In this document: positions 24,927 to 40,021 of the stretch, piece by piece
How the letters are laid out: each line of letters starts with the position of its first letter
Position numbering within the stretch: the first letter of the stretch is position 1
Source: Auanema rhodensis
Taxonomy: Eukaryota > Animalia > Nematoda
Direction: 5' to 3'
DNA length: 64,000 nt
Assembly: GCA_964057225.1 (NCBI GenBank)
Contig: OZ059898.1
Location: 18,104,001 to 18,168,000 of the forward strand
Program-made: the position numbers and the translations under genes
The notes under the pieces: model-generated
Databases searched by the model: none
What the model saw: the letters and a program-made list of their open reading frames with translations, nothing else
What the model was told of the DNA's origin: nothing

Positions 24927-27900
24927 AAAAAATTTTTGTCAAAATGTTTTTGGAAGCAATGTTGAGTGTACATGGAAACTCAACATACACTAATGCATCA
25001 TTTTTCAAACGATCATAACTAATTTTTGTATTAAGCGTTTCTCAATGTAGTTTAGTGCATTCGATGCGGATTTTTAAGCTGCGTCGATCTGTGTTATCAG
25101 ATTTGCGCTAGCTTAAAAATGCACCGAGATATCAACTGATATAAGTTCACACTTATTTCCTCGATTTTCACCCTGAAGAATTAATTTTTTCGTTGAATAA
25201 CATTGTCCATCGTCTTTGCCTTGAAAAAAGGAATCTAAAAACATCTTCTTTTTGCTAAATTATTTTGAAATTTTTTGAAAAAAATTTTTGTCAAAATGTT
25301 TTTGGAAGCAATGTTGAGTGTACATGGAAACTCAACATACACTAATGCATCATTTTTCAAACGATCATAACTAATTTTTGTATAAAGCGTTTCTCAATGT
25401 AGTTTAGTGCATTCGATCCGGATTTTTAAGCTGCGTCGATCTGTGTTATCAGATTTGCGCTAGCTTAAAAATGCACCGAGATATCAACTGATATAAGTTC
25501 ACACTTATTTCCTCGATTTTCACCCTGAAGAATTAATTTTTTCGTTGAATAACATTGTCCATCGTCTTTGCCTTGAAAAAAGGAATCTAAAAACATCTTC
25601 TTTTTGCTAAATTATTTTGAAATTTTTTGAAAAAAATTTTTGTCAAAATGTTTTTGGAAGCAATGTTGAGTGTACATGGAAACTCAACATACACTAATGC
25701 ATCATTTTTCAAACGATCATAACTAATTTTTGTATAAAGCGTTTCTCAATGTAGTATAGTGCATTCGATGCGGATTTTTAAGCTGCGTCGATCTGTATTA
25801 TCAGATTTGCGCTAGCTTAAAAATGCACCGAGATATCAACTGATATAAGTTCACACTTATATCCTCGATTTTCACCCTGAAGAATTAATTTTTTTGTTGA
25901 ATAACATTGTCCATCGTGTTTGCCTTGAAAAAAGGAATCTAAAAACATCTACTTTTTGCTAAATTATTTTGAAATTTTTTGAAAAAATTTTTGTCAAAAT
26001 GTTTTTGGAAGCAATGTTGAGTGTACATGGAAACTCAACATACACTAATGCATCATTTTTCAAACGATCATAACTAATTTTTGTATTAAGCGTTTCTCAA
26101 AGTAGTATAGTGCATTCGATGCGGATTTTTAAGCTGCGTCGATCTGTGTTATCAGATCTGCGCTAGCTTAAAAATGCACCGAGATATCAACTGATATAAG
26201 TTCACACTTATTTCCTCGATTTTCACCCTGAAGAATTAATTTTTTCGTTGAATAACATTGTCCATCGTCTTTGCCTTGAAAAAAGGAATCTAAAAACATC
26301 TACTTTTTGCTAAATTATTTTGTAATTTTTTGAAAAAATTTTTGTCAAAATGTTTTTGGAAGCAATGTTGAGTGTACATGGAAACTCAACATACACTAAT
26401 GCATCATTTTTCAAACGATCATAACTAATTTTTGTATTAAGCGTTTCTCAAAGTAGTATAGTGCATTCGATGCGGATTTTTAAGCTGCGTCGATCTGTGT
26501 TATCAGATCTGCGCTAGCTTAAAAATGCACCGAGATATCAACTGATATAAGTTCACACTTATATCCTCGATTTTCACCCTGAAGAATTAATTTTTTTGTT
26601 GAATAACATTGTCCATCGTGTTTGCCTTGAAAAAAGGAATCTAAAAACATCTACTTTTTGCTAAATTATTTTGAAATTTTTTGAAAAAATTTTTGTCAAA
26701 ATGTTTTTGGAAGCAATGTTGAGTGTACATGGAAACTCAACATACACTAATGCATCATTTTTCAAACGATCATAACTAATTTTTGTATTAAGCGTTTCTC
26801 AATGTAGTATAGTGCATTCGATGCGGATTTTTAAGCTGCGTCGATCTGTGTTATCAGATTTGCGCTAGCTTAAAAATGCACCGAGATATCAACTGATATA
26901 AGTTCACACTTATTTCCTCGATTTTCACCCTGAAGAATTAATTTTTTCGTTGAATAACATTGTCCATCGTCTTTGCCTTGAAAAAAGGAATCTAAAAACA
27001 TCTACTTTTTGCTAAATTATTTTGTAATTTTTTGAAAAAATTTTTGTCAAAATGTTTTTGGAAGCAATGTTGAGTGTACATGGAAACTCAACATACACTA
27101 ATGCATCATTTTTCAAACGATCATAACTAATTTTTGTATAAAGCGTTTTTCAATGTAGTATAGTGCATTCGATGCGGATTTTTAAGCTGCGTCGATCTGT
27201 GTTATCAGATTTGCGCTAGCTTAAAAATGCACCGAGATATCAACTGATATAAGTTCACACTTATTTCCTCGATTTTCACCCTGAAGAATTAATTTTTTCG
27301 TTGAAAAACATTGTCCATCGTGTTTGCCTTGAAAAAAGGAATCTAAAAACATCTACTTTTTGCTAAATTATCTTGAAATTTTTTGAAAAAATTTTTGTCA
27401 AAATGTTTTTGGAAGCAATGTTGAGTGTACATGGAAACTCAACATACACTAATGCATCATTTTTCAAACGATCATAACTAAATTTTGTATAAAGCGTTTT
27501 TCAATGTAGTATAGTGCATTCGATGCGGATTTTTAAGCTGCGTCGATCTGTGTTATCAGATTTGCGCTAGCTTAAAAATGCACCGAGATATCAACTGATA
27601 TAAGTTCACACTTATTTCCTCGATTTTCACCTTGAAGAATTAATTTTTTCGTTGAATAACATTGTCCATCGTCTTTGCCTTGAAAAAAGGAATCTAAAAA
27701 CATCTACTTTTTGCTAAATTATTTTGAAATTTTTTGAAAAAATTTTTGTCAAAATGTTTTTGGAAGCAATGTTGAGTGTACATGGAAACTCAACATACAC
27801 TAATGCATCATTTTTCAAACGATCATAACTAATTTTTGTATAAAGCGTTTCTCAATGTAGTATAGTGCATTCGATGCGGATTTTCAAGCTGCGTCGATCT

Positions 27901-28087
27901 GTGTTATCAGATTTGCGCTAGCTTAAAAATGCACCGAGATATCAACTGATATAAGTTCACACTTATTTCCTCGATTTTCACCCTGAAGAATCAATTTTTT
28001 CGTTGAATAACATTGTCCATCGTCTTTGCCTTGAAAAAAGGAATCTAAAAACATCTACTTTTTGCTAAATTATTTTGAAATTTTTTG

Positions 28088-30193
28088 AAAAAATTTTTGT
28101 CAAAATGTTTTTGGAAGCAATGTTGAGTGTACATGGAAACTCAACATACACTAATGCATCATTTTTCAAACGATCATAACTAATTTTTGTATTAAGCGTT
28201 TCTCAAAGTAGTATAGTGCATTCGATGCGGATTTTTAAGCTGCGTCGATCTGTGTTATCAGATTTGCGCTAGCTTAAAAATGCACCGAGATATCAACTGA
28301 TATAAGTTCACACTTATATCCTCGATTTTCACCCTGAAGAATTAATTTTTTTGTTGAATAACATTGTCCATCGTCTTTGCCTTGAAAAAAGGAATCTAAA
28401 AACATCTACTTTTTGCTAAATTATTTTGAAATTTTTTGAAACAATTTTTGTCAAAATGTTTTTGGAAGCAATGTTGAGTGTACATGGAAACTCAACATAC
28501 ACTAATGCATCATTTTTCAAACGATCATAACTAATTTTTGTATTAAGCGTTTCTCAATGTAGTATAGTGCATTCGATGCGGATTTTTAAGCTGCGTCGAT
28601 CTGTGTTATCAGATTTGCGCTAGCTTAAAAATGCACCGAGATATCAACTGAAATAAGTTCACACTTATATCCTCGATTTTCACCCTGAAGAATTAATTTT
28701 TTTGTTGAAAAACATTGTCCATCGTGTTTGCCTTGAAAAAAGGAATCTAAAAACATCTACTTTTTGCTAAATTATTTTGAAATTTTTTGAAAAAATTTTT
28801 GTCAAAATGTTTTTGGAAGCAATGTTGAGTGTACATGGAAACTCAACATACACTAATGCATCATTTTTCAAACGATCATAACTAATTTTTGTATTAAGCG
28901 TTTCTCAAAGTAGTATAGTGCATTCGATGCGGATTTTTAAGCTGCGTCGATCTGTGTTATCAGATTTGCGCTAGCTTAAAAATGCACCGAGATATCAACT
29001 GATATAAGTTCACACTTATATCCTCGATTTTCACCCTGAAGAATTAATTTTTTTGTTGAATAACATTGTCCATCGTCTTTGCCTTGAAAAAAGGAATCTA
29101 AAAACATCTACTTTTTGCTAAATTATTTTGAAATTTTTTGAAACAATTTTTGTCAAAATGTTTTTGGAAGCAATGTTGAGTGTACATGGAAACTCAACAT
29201 ACACTAATGCATCATTTTTCAAACGATCATAACTAATTTTTGTATTAAGCGTTTCTCAATGTAGTATAGTGCATTCGATGCGGATTTTTAAGCTGCGTCG
29301 ATCTGTGTTATCAGATTTGCGCTAGCTTAAAAATGCACCGAGATATCAACTGAAATAAGTTCACACTTATATCCTCGATTTTCACCCTGAAGAATTAATT
29401 TTTTTGTTGAAAAACATTGTCCATCGTGTTTGCCTTGAAAAAAGGAATCTAAAAACATCTACTTTTTGCTAAATTATTTTGAAATTTTTTGAAAAAATTT
29501 TTGTCAAAATGTTTTTGGAAGCAATGTTGAGTGTACATGGAAACTCAACATACACTAATGCATCATTTTTCAAACGATCATAACTAATTTTTGTATTAAG
29601 CGTTTCTCAAAGTAGTATAGTGCATTCGATGCGGATTTTTAAGCTGCGTCGATCTGTGTTATCAGATTTGCGCTAGCTTAAAAATGCACCGAGATATCAA
29701 CTGATATAAGTTCACACTTATATCCTCGATTTTCACCCTGAAGAATTAATTTTTTTGTTGAATAACATTGTCCATCGTCTTTGCCTTGAAAAAAGGAATC
29801 TAAAAACATCTACTTTTTGCTAAATTATTTTGAAATTTTTTGAAACAATTTTTGTCAAAATGTTTTTGGAAGCAATGTTGAGTGTACATGGAAACTCAAC
29901 ATACACTAATGCATCATTTTTCAAACGATCATAACTAATTTTTGTATTAAGCGTTTCTCAATGTAGTATAGTGCATTCGATGCGGATTTTTAAGCTGCGT
30001 CGATCTGTGTTATCAGATTTGCGCTAGCTTAAAAATGCACCGAGATATCAACTGAAATAAGTTCACACTTATATCCTCGATTTTCACCCTGAAGAATTAA
30101 TTTTTTTGTTGAAAAACATTGTCCATCGTGTTTGCCTTGAAAAAAGGAATCTAAAAACATCTACTTTTTGCTAAATTATTTTGAAATTTTTTG
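28088..30193. repeat. Dimeric HOR (702 bp) x3
   Basis: Marker gaaacaattt at 28442, 29144 and 29846, with alternating ctgatata and ctgaaata monomers. Confidence 0.88.
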
Positions 30194-33100
30194 AAAAAAT
30201 TTTTGTCAAAATGTTTTTGGAAGCAATGTTGAGTGTACATGGAAACTCAACATACACTAATGCATCATTTTTCAAACGATCATAACTAATTTTTGTATTA
30301 AGCGTTTCTCAAAGTAGTATAGTGCATTCGATGCGGATTTTTAAGCTGCGTCGATCTGTGTTATCAGATTTGCGCTAGCTTAAAAATGCACCGAGATATC
30401 AACTGATATAAGTTCACACTTATATCCTCGATTTTCACCCTGAAGAATTAATTTTTTTGTTGAATAACGTTGTCCATCGTGTTTGCCTTGAAAAAAGGAA
30501 TCTAAAAACATCTACTTTTTGCTAAATTATTTTGAAATTTTTTGAAAAAATTTTTGTCAAAATGTTTTTGGAAGCAATGTTGAGTGTACATGGAAACTCA
30601 ACATACACTAATGCATCATTTTTCAAACGATCATAACTAATTTTTGTATTAAGCGTTTCTCAAAGTTGTATAGTGCATTCGATGCGGATTTTTAAGCTGC
30701 GTCGATCTGTGTTATCAGATCTGCGCTAGCTTAAAAATGCACCGAGATATCAACTGATATAAGTTCACACTTATTTCCTCGATTTTCACCCTGAAGAATT
30801 AATTTTTTCGTTGAATAACATTGTCCATCGTCTTTGCCTTGAAAAAAGGAATCTAAAAACATCTACTTTTTGCTAAATTATTTTGAAAATTTTTGAAAAA
30901 ATTTTTGTCAAAATGTTTTTGGAAGCAATGTTGAGTGTACATGGAAACTCAACATACACTAATGCATCATTTTTCAAACGATCATAACTAATTTTTGTAT
31001 AAAGCGTTTTTCAATGTAGTATAGTGCATTCGATGCGGATTTTTAAGCTGCGTCGATCTGTGTTATCAGATTTGCGCTAGCTTAAAAATGCACCGAGATA
31101 TCAACTGATATAAGTTCACACTTATTTCCTCGATTTTCACCCTGAAGAATTAATTTTTTTGTTGAAAAACATTGTCCATCGTGTTTGCCTTGAAAAAAGG
31201 AATCTAAAAACATCTACTTTTTGCTAAATTATTTTGAAATTTTTTGAAAAAATTTTTGTCAAAATGTTTTTGGAAGCAATGTTGAGTGTACATGGAAACT
31301 CAACATACACTAATGCATCATTTTTCAAACGATCATAACTAATTTTTGTATTAAGCGTTTCTCAAAGTAGTATAGTGCATTCGATGCGGATTTTTAAGCT
31401 GCGTCGATCTGTGTTATCAGATTTGCGCTAGCTTAAAAATGCACCGAGATATCAACTGATATAAGTTCACACTTATATCCTCGATTTTCACCCTGAAGAA
31501 TTAATTTTTTTGTTGAATAACGTTGTCCATCGTGTTTGCCTTGAAAAAAGGAATCTAAAAACATCTACTTTTTGCTAAATTATTTTGAAATTTTTTGAAA
31601 AAATTTTTGTCAAAATGTTTTTGGAAGCAATGTTGAGTGTACATGGAAACTCAACATACACTAATGCATCATTTTTCAAACGATCATAACTAATTTTTGT
31701 ATTAAGCGTTTCTCAAAGTTGTATAGTGCATTCGATGCGGATTTTTAAGCTGCGTCGATCTGTGTTATCAGATCTGCGCTAGCTTAAAAATGCACCGAGA
31801 TATCAACTGATATAAGTTCACACTTATTTCCTCGATTTTCACCCTGAAGAATTAATTTTTTCGTTGAATAACATTGTCCATCGTCTTTGCCTTGAAAAAA
31901 GGAATCTAAAAACATCTACTTTTTGCTAAATTATTTTGAAATTTTTTGAAAAAATTTTTGTCAAAATGTTTTTGGAAGCAATGTTGAGTGTACATGGAAA
32001 CTCAACATACACTAATGCATCATTTTTCAAACGATCATAACTAATTTTTGTATAAAGCGTTTTTCAATGTAGTATAGTGCATTCGATGCGGATTTTTAAG
32101 CTGCGTCGATCTGTGTTATCAGATTTGCGCTAGCTTAAAAATGCACCGAGATATCAACTGATATAAGTTCACACTTATTTCCTCGATTTTCACCCTGAAG
32201 AATTAATTTTTTCGTTGAATAACATTGTCCATCGTCTTTGCCTTGAAAAAAGGAATCTAAAAACATCTACTTTTTGCTAAATTATTTTGAAATTTTTTGA
32301 AAAAATTTTTGTCAAAATGTTTTTGGAAGCAATGTTGAGTGTACATGGAAACTCAACATACACTAATGCATCATTTTTCAAACGATCATAACTAATTTTT
32401 GTATAAAGCGTTTTTCAATGTAGTATAGTGCATTCGATGCGGATTTTTAAGCTGCGTCGATCTGTGTTATCAGATTTGCGCTAGCTTAAAAATGCACCGA
32501 GATATCAACTGATATAAGTTCACACTTATTTCCTCGATTTTCACCCTGAAGAATTAATTTTTTCGTTGAATAACATTGTCCATCGTCTTTGCCTTGAAAA
32601 AAGGAATCTAAAAACATCTACTTTTTGCTAAATTATTTTGAAAATTTTTGAAAAAATTTTTGTCAAAATGTTTTTGGAAGCAATGTTGAGTGTACATGGA
32701 AACTCAACATACACTAATGCATCATTTTTCAAACGATCATAACTAATTTTTGTATAAAGCGTTTTTCAATGTAGTATAGTGCATTCGATGCGGATTTTTA
32801 AGCTGCGTCGATCTGTGTTATCAGATTTGCGCTAGCTTAAAAATGCACCGAGATATCAACTGATATAAGTTCACACTTATTTCCTCGATTTTCACCCTGA
32901 AGAATTAATTTTTTTGTTGAAAAACATTGTCCATCGTGTTTTCCTTGAAAAAAGGAATCTAAAAACATCTACTTTTTGCTAAATTATTTTGAAATTTTTT
33001 GAAAAAATTTTTGTCAAAATGTTTTTGGAAGCAATGTTGAGTGTACATGGAAACTCAACATACACTAATGCATCATTTTTCAAACGATCATAACTAATTT

Positions 33101-36100
33101 TTGTATTAAGCGTTTCTCAAAGTAGTATAGTGCATTCGATGCGGATTTTTAAGCTGCGTCGATCTGTGTTATCAGATTTGCGCTAGCTTAAAAATGCACC
33201 GAGATATCAACTGATATAAGTTCACACTTATATCCTCGATTTTCACCCTGAAGAATTAATTTTTTTGTTGAATAACGTTGTCCATCGTGTTTGCCTTGAA
33301 AAAAGGAATCTAAAAACATCTACTTTTTGCTAAATTATTTTGAAATTTTTTGAAAAAATTTTTGTCAAAATGTTTTTGGAAGCAATGTTGAGTGTACATG
33401 GAAACTCAACATACACTAATGCATCATTTTTCAAACGATCATAACTAATTTTTGTATTAAGCGTTTCTCAAAGTTGTATAGTGCATTCGATGCGGATTTT
33501 TAAGCTGCGTCGATCTGTGTTATCAGATCTGCGCTAGCTTAAAAATGCACCGAGATATCAACTGATATAAGTTCACACTTATTTCCTCGATTTTCACCCT
33601 GAAGAATTAATTTTTTCGTTGAATAACATTGTCCATCGTCTTTGCCTTGAAAAAAGGAATCTAAAAACATCTACTTTTTGCTAAATTATTTTGAAATTTT
33701 TTGAAAAAATTTTTGTCAAAATGTTTTTGGAAGCAATGTTGAGTGTACATGGAAACTCAACATACACTAATGCATCATTTTTCAAACGATCATAACTAAT
33801 TTTTGTATAAAGCGTTTTTCAATGTAGTATAGTGCATTCGATGCGGATTTTTAAGCTGCGTCGATCTGTGTTATCAGATTTGCGCTAGCTTAAAAATGCA
33901 CCGAGATATCAACTGATATAAGTTCACACTTATTTCCTCGATTTTCACCCTGAAGAATTAATTTTTTCGTTGAATAACATTGTCCATCGTCTTTGCCTTG
34001 AAAAAAGGAATCTAAAAACATCTACTTTTTGCTAAATTATTTTGAAATTTTTTGAAAAAATTTTTGTCAAAATGTTTTTGGAAGCAATGTTGAGTGTACA
34101 TGGAAACTCAACATACACTAATGCATCATTTTTCAAACGATCATAACTAATTTTTGTATAAAGCGTTTTTCAATGTAGTATAGTGCATTCGATGCGGATT
34201 TTTAAGCTGCGTCGATCTGTGTTATCAGATTTGCGCTAGCTTAAAAATGCACCGAGATATCAACTGATATAAGTTCACACTTATTTCCTCGATTTTCACC
34301 CTGAAGAATTAATTTTTTTGTTGAAAAACATTGTCCATCGTGTTTGCCTTGAAAAAAGGAATCTAAAAACATCTACTTTTTGCTAAATTATTTTGAAATT
34401 TTTTGAAAAAATTTTTGTCAAAATGTTTTTGGAAGCAATGTTGAGTGTACATGGAAACTCAACATACACTAATGCATCATTTTTCAAACGATCATAACTA
34501 ATTTTTGTATTAAGCGTTTCTCAAAGTAGTATAGTGCATTCGATGCGGATTTTTAAGCTGCGTCGATCTGTGTTATCAGATTTGCGCTAGCTTAAAAATG
34601 CACCGAGATATCAACTGATATAAGTTCACACTTATATCCTCGATTTTCACCCTGAAGAATTAATTTTTTTGTTGAATAACGTTGTCCATCGTGTTTGCCT
34701 TGAAAAAAGGAATCTAAAAACATCTACTTTTTGCTAAATTATTTTGAAATTTTTTGAAAAAATTTTTGTCAAAATGTTTTTGGAAGCAATGTTGAGTGTA
34801 CATGGAAACTCAACATACACTAATGCATCATTTTTCAAACGATCATAACTAATTTTTGTATTAAGCGTTTCTCAAAGTTGTATAGTGCATTCGATGCGGA
34901 TTTTTAAGCTGCGTCGATCTGTGTTATCAGATCTGCGCTAGCTTAAAAATGCACCGAGATATCAACTGATATAAGTTCACACTTATTTCCTCGATTTTCA
35001 CCCTGAAGAATTAATTTTTTCGTTGAATAACATTGTCCATCGTCTTTGCCTTGAAAAAAGGAATCTAAAAACATCTACTTTTTGCTAAATTATTTTGAAA
35101 TTTTTTGAAAAAATTTTTGTCAAAATGTTTTTGGAAGCAATGTTGAGTGTACATGGAAACTCAACATACACTAATGCATCATTTTTCAAACGATCATAAC
35201 TAATTTTTGTATAAAGCGTTTTTCAATGTAGTATAGTGCATTCGATGCGGATTTTTAAGCTGCGTCGATCTGTGTTATCAGATTTGCGCTAGCTTAAAAA
35301 TGCACCGAGATATCAACTGATATAAGTTCACACTTATTTCCTCGATTTTCACCCTGAAGAATTAATTTTTTCGTTGAATAACATTGTCCATCGTCTTTGC
35401 CTTGAAAAAAGGAATCTAAAAACATCTACTTTTTGCTAAATTATTTTGAAATTTTTTGAAAAAATTTTTGTCAAAATGTTTTTGGAAGCAATGTTGAGTG
35501 TACATGGAAACTCAACATACACTAATGCATCATTTTTCAAACGATCATAACTAATTTTTGTATTAAGCGTTTCTCAAAGTAGTATAGTGCATTCGATGCG
35601 GATTTTTAAGCTGCGTCGATCTGTGTTATCAGATTTGCGCTAGCTTAAAAATGCACCGAGATATCAACTGATATAAGTTCACACTTATATCCTCGATTTT
35701 CAACCTGAAGAATTAATTTTTTTGTTGAATAACGTTGTCCATCGTGTTTGCCTTGAAAAAAGGAATCTAAAAACATCTACTTTTTGCTAAATTATTTTGA
35801 AATTTTTTGAAAAAATTTTTGTCAAAATGTTTTTGGAAGCAATGTTGAGTGTACATGGAAACTCAACATACACTAATGCATCATTTTTCAAACGATCATA
35901 ACTAATTTTTGTATTAAGCGTTTCTCAAAGTTGTATAGTGCATTCGATGCGGATTTTTAAGCTGCGTCGATCTGTGTTATCAGATCTGCGCTAGCTTAAA
36001 AATGCACCGAGATATCAACTGATATAAGTTCACTCTTATTTCCTCGATTTTCACCCTGAAGAATTAATTTTTTCGTTGAATAACATTGTCCATCGTCTTT

Positions 36101-36511
36101 GCCTTGAAAAAAGGAATCTAAAAACATCTACTTTTTGCTAAATTATTTTGAAATTTTTTGAAAAAATTTTTGTCAAAATGTTTTTGGAAGCAATGTTGAG
36201 TGTACATGGAAACTCAACATACACTAATGCATCATTTTTCAAACGATCATAACTAATTTTTGTATAAAGCGTTTTTCAATGTAGTATAGTGCATTCGATG
36301 CGGATTTTTAAGCTGCGTCGATCTGTGTTATCAGATTTGCGCTAGCTTAAAAATGCACCGAGATATCAACTGATATAAGTTCACACTTATTTCCTCGATT
36401 TTCACCCTGAAGAATTAATTTTTTCGTTGAATAACATTGTCCATCGTCTTTGCCTTGAAAAAAGGAATCTAAAAACATCTACTTTTTGCTAAATTATTTT
36501 GAAATTTTTTG
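30194..36511. repeat. Variable-length HOR (3-5 monomers) x5
   Basis: Marker aataacgtt at 30469, 31522, 33277, 34681 and 35734, each followed by a monomer carrying aaagttgta and cagatct. Confidence 0.85.
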
Positions 36512-39500
36512 AAAAAATTTTTGTCAAAATGTTTTTGGAAGCAATGTTGAGTGTACATGGAAACTCAACATACACTAATGCATCATTTTTCAAACGATCA
36601 TAACTAATTTTTGTATTAAGCGTTTCTCAAAGTAGTATAGTGCATTCGATGCGGATTTTTAAGCTGCGTCGATCTGTGTTATCAGATTTGCGCTAGCTTA
36701 AAAATGCACCGAGATATCAACTGATATAAGTTCACACTTATATCCTCGATTTTCACCCTGAAGAATTAATTTTTTTGTTGAATAACATTGTCCATCGTCT
36801 TTGCCTTGAAAAAAGGAATCTAAAAACATCTACTTTTTGCTAAATTATTTTGAAATTTTTTGAAACAATTTTTGTCAAAATGTTTTTGGAAGCAATGTTG
36901 AGTGTACATGGAAACTCAACATACACTAATGCATCATTTTTCAAACAATCATAACTAATTTTTGTATAAAGCGTTTCTCAATGTAGTATAGTGCATTCGA
37001 TGCGGATTTTTAAGCTGCGTCGATCTGTGTTATCAGATTTGCGCTAGCTTAAAAATGCACCGAGATATCAACTGATATAAGTTCACACTTATATCCTCGA
37101 TTTTCACCCTGAAGAATTAATTTTTTCGTTGAAAAACATTTTCCATCGTGTTTGCCTTGAAAAAAGGAATCTAAAAACATCTACTTTTTGCTAAATTATT
37201 TTGAAATTTTTCGAAAAAATTTTTGTCAAAATGTTTTTGGAAGCAATGTTGAGTGTACATGGAAACTCAACATACACTAATGCATCATTTTTCAAACGAT
37301 CATAACTAATTTTTGTATAAAGCGTTTTTCAATGTAGTATAGTGCATTCGATGCGGATTTTTAAGCTGCGTCGATCTGTGTTATCAGATTTGCGCTAGCT
37401 TAAAAATGCACCGAGATATCAACTGATATAAGTTCACACTTATTTCCTCGATTTTCACCCTGAAGAATTAATTTTTTCGTTGAATAACATTGTCCATCGT
37501 CTTTGCCTTGAAAAAAGGAATCTAAAAACATCTACTTTTTGCTAAATTATTTTGAAATTTTTTGAAAAAATTTTTGTCAAAATGTTTTTGGAAGCAATGT
37601 TGAGTGTACATGGAAACTCAACATACACTAATGCATCATTTTTCAAACGATCATAACTAATTTTTGTATTAAGCGTTTCTCAATGTAGTATAGTGCATTC
37701 GATGCGGATTTTTAAGCTGCGTCGATCTGTGTTATCAGATTTGCGCTAGCTTAAAAATGCACCGAGATATCAACTGAAATAAGTTCACACTTATATCCTC
37801 GATTTTCACCCTGAAGAACTAATTTTTTTGTTGAAAAACATTGTCCATCGTGTTTGCCTTGAAAAAAGGAATCTAAAAACATCTACTTTTTGCTAAATTA
37901 TTTTGAAATTTTTTGAAAAAATTTTTGTCAAAATGTTTTTGGAAGCAATGTTGAGTGTACATGGAAACTCAACATACACTAATGCATCATTTTTCAAACG
38001 ATCATAACTAATTTTTGTATTAAGCGTTTCTCAAAGTAGTATAGTGCATTCGATGCGGATTTTTAAGCTGCGTCGATCTGTGTTATCAGATTTGCGCTAG
38101 CTTAAAAATGCACCGAGATATCAACTGATATAAGTTCACACTTATATCCTCGATTTTCACCCTGAAGAATTAATTTTTTTGTCGAATAACATTGTCCATC
38201 GTCTTTGCCTTGAAAAAAGGAATCTAAAAACATCTACTTTTTGCTAAATTATTTTGAAATTTTTTGAAAAAATTTTTGTCAAAATGTTTTTGGAAGCAAT
38301 GTTGAGTGTACATGGAAACTCAACATACACTAATGCATCATTTTTCAAACAATCATAACTAATTTTTGTATAAAGCGTTTCTCAATGTAGTATAGTGCAT
38401 TCGATGCGGATTTTTAAGCTGCGTCGATCTGTGTTATCAGATTTGCGCTAGCTTAAAAATGCACCGAGATATCAACTGATATAAGTTCACACTTATATCC
38501 TCGATTTTCACCCTGAAGAATTAATTTTTTCGTTGAAAAACATTTTCCATCGTGTTTGCCTTGAAAAAAGGAATCTAAAAACATCTACTTTTTGCTAAAT
38601 TATTTTGAAATTTTTCGAAAAAATTTTTGTCAAAATGTTTTTGGAAGCAATGTTGAGTGTACATGGAAACTCAACATACACTAATGCATCATTTTTCAAA
38701 CGATCATAACTAATTTTTGTATTAAGCGTTTCTCAATGTAGTATAGTGCATTCGATGCGGATTTTTAAGCTGCGTCGATCTGTATTATCAGATTTGCGCT
38801 AGCTTAAAAATGCACCGAGATATCAACTGATATAAGTTCACACTTATATCCTCGATTTTCACCCTGAAGAATTAATTTTTTTGTTGAAAAACATTGTCCA
38901 TCGTGTTTGCCTTGAAAAAAGGAATCTAAAAACATCTACTTTTTGCTAAATTATTTTGAAATTTTTTGAAAAAATTTTTGTCAAAATGTTTTTGGAAGCA
39001 ATGTTGAGTGTACATGGAAACTCAACATACACTAATGCATCATTTTTCAAACGATCATAACTAATTTTTGTATAAAGCGTTTCTCAAAGTAGTATAGTGC
39101 ATTCGATGCGGATTTTTAAGCTGCGTCGATCTGTGTTATCAGATTTGCGCTAGCTTAAAAATGCACCGAGATATCAACTGATATAAGTTCACACTTATAT
39201 CCTCGATTTTCACCCTGAAGAATTAATTTTTTTGTTGAATAACATTGTCCATCGTCTTTGCCTTGAAAAAAGGAATCTAAAAACATCTACTTTTTGCTAA
39301 ATTATTTTGAAATTTTTTGAAAAAATTTTTGTCAAAATGTTTTTGGAAGCAATGTTGAGTGTACATGGAAACTCAACATACACTAATGCATCATTTTTCA
39401 AACAATCATAACTAATTTTTGTATAAAGCGTTTCTCAATGTAGTATAGTGCATTCGATGCGGATTTTTAAGCTGCGTCGATCTGTGTTATCAGATTTGCG

Positions 39501-40021
39501 CTAGCTTAAAAATGCACCGAGATATCAACTGATATAAGTTCACACTTATATCCTCGATTTTCACCCTGAAGAATTAATTTTTTCGTTGAAAAACATTTTC
39601 CATCGTGTTTGCCTTGAAAAAAGGAATCTAAAAACATCTACTTTTTGCTAAATTATTTTGAAATTTTTCGAAAAAATTTTTGTCAAAATGTTTTTGGAAG
39701 CAATGTTGAGTGTACATGGAAACTCAACATACACTAATGCATCATTTTTCAAACGATCATAACTAATTTTTGTATTAAGCGTTTCTCAATGTAGTATAGT
39801 GCATTCGATGCGGATTTTTAAGCTGCGTCGATCTGTGTTATCAGATTTGCGCTAGCTTAAAAATGCACCGAGATATCAACTGATATAAGTTCACACTTAT
39901 ATCCTCGATTTTCACCCTGAAGAATTAATTTTTTCGTTGAATAACATTGTCCATCGTCTTTGCCTTGAAAAAAGGAATCTAAAAACATCTTCTTTTTGCT
40001 AAATTATTTTGAAATTTTTTG

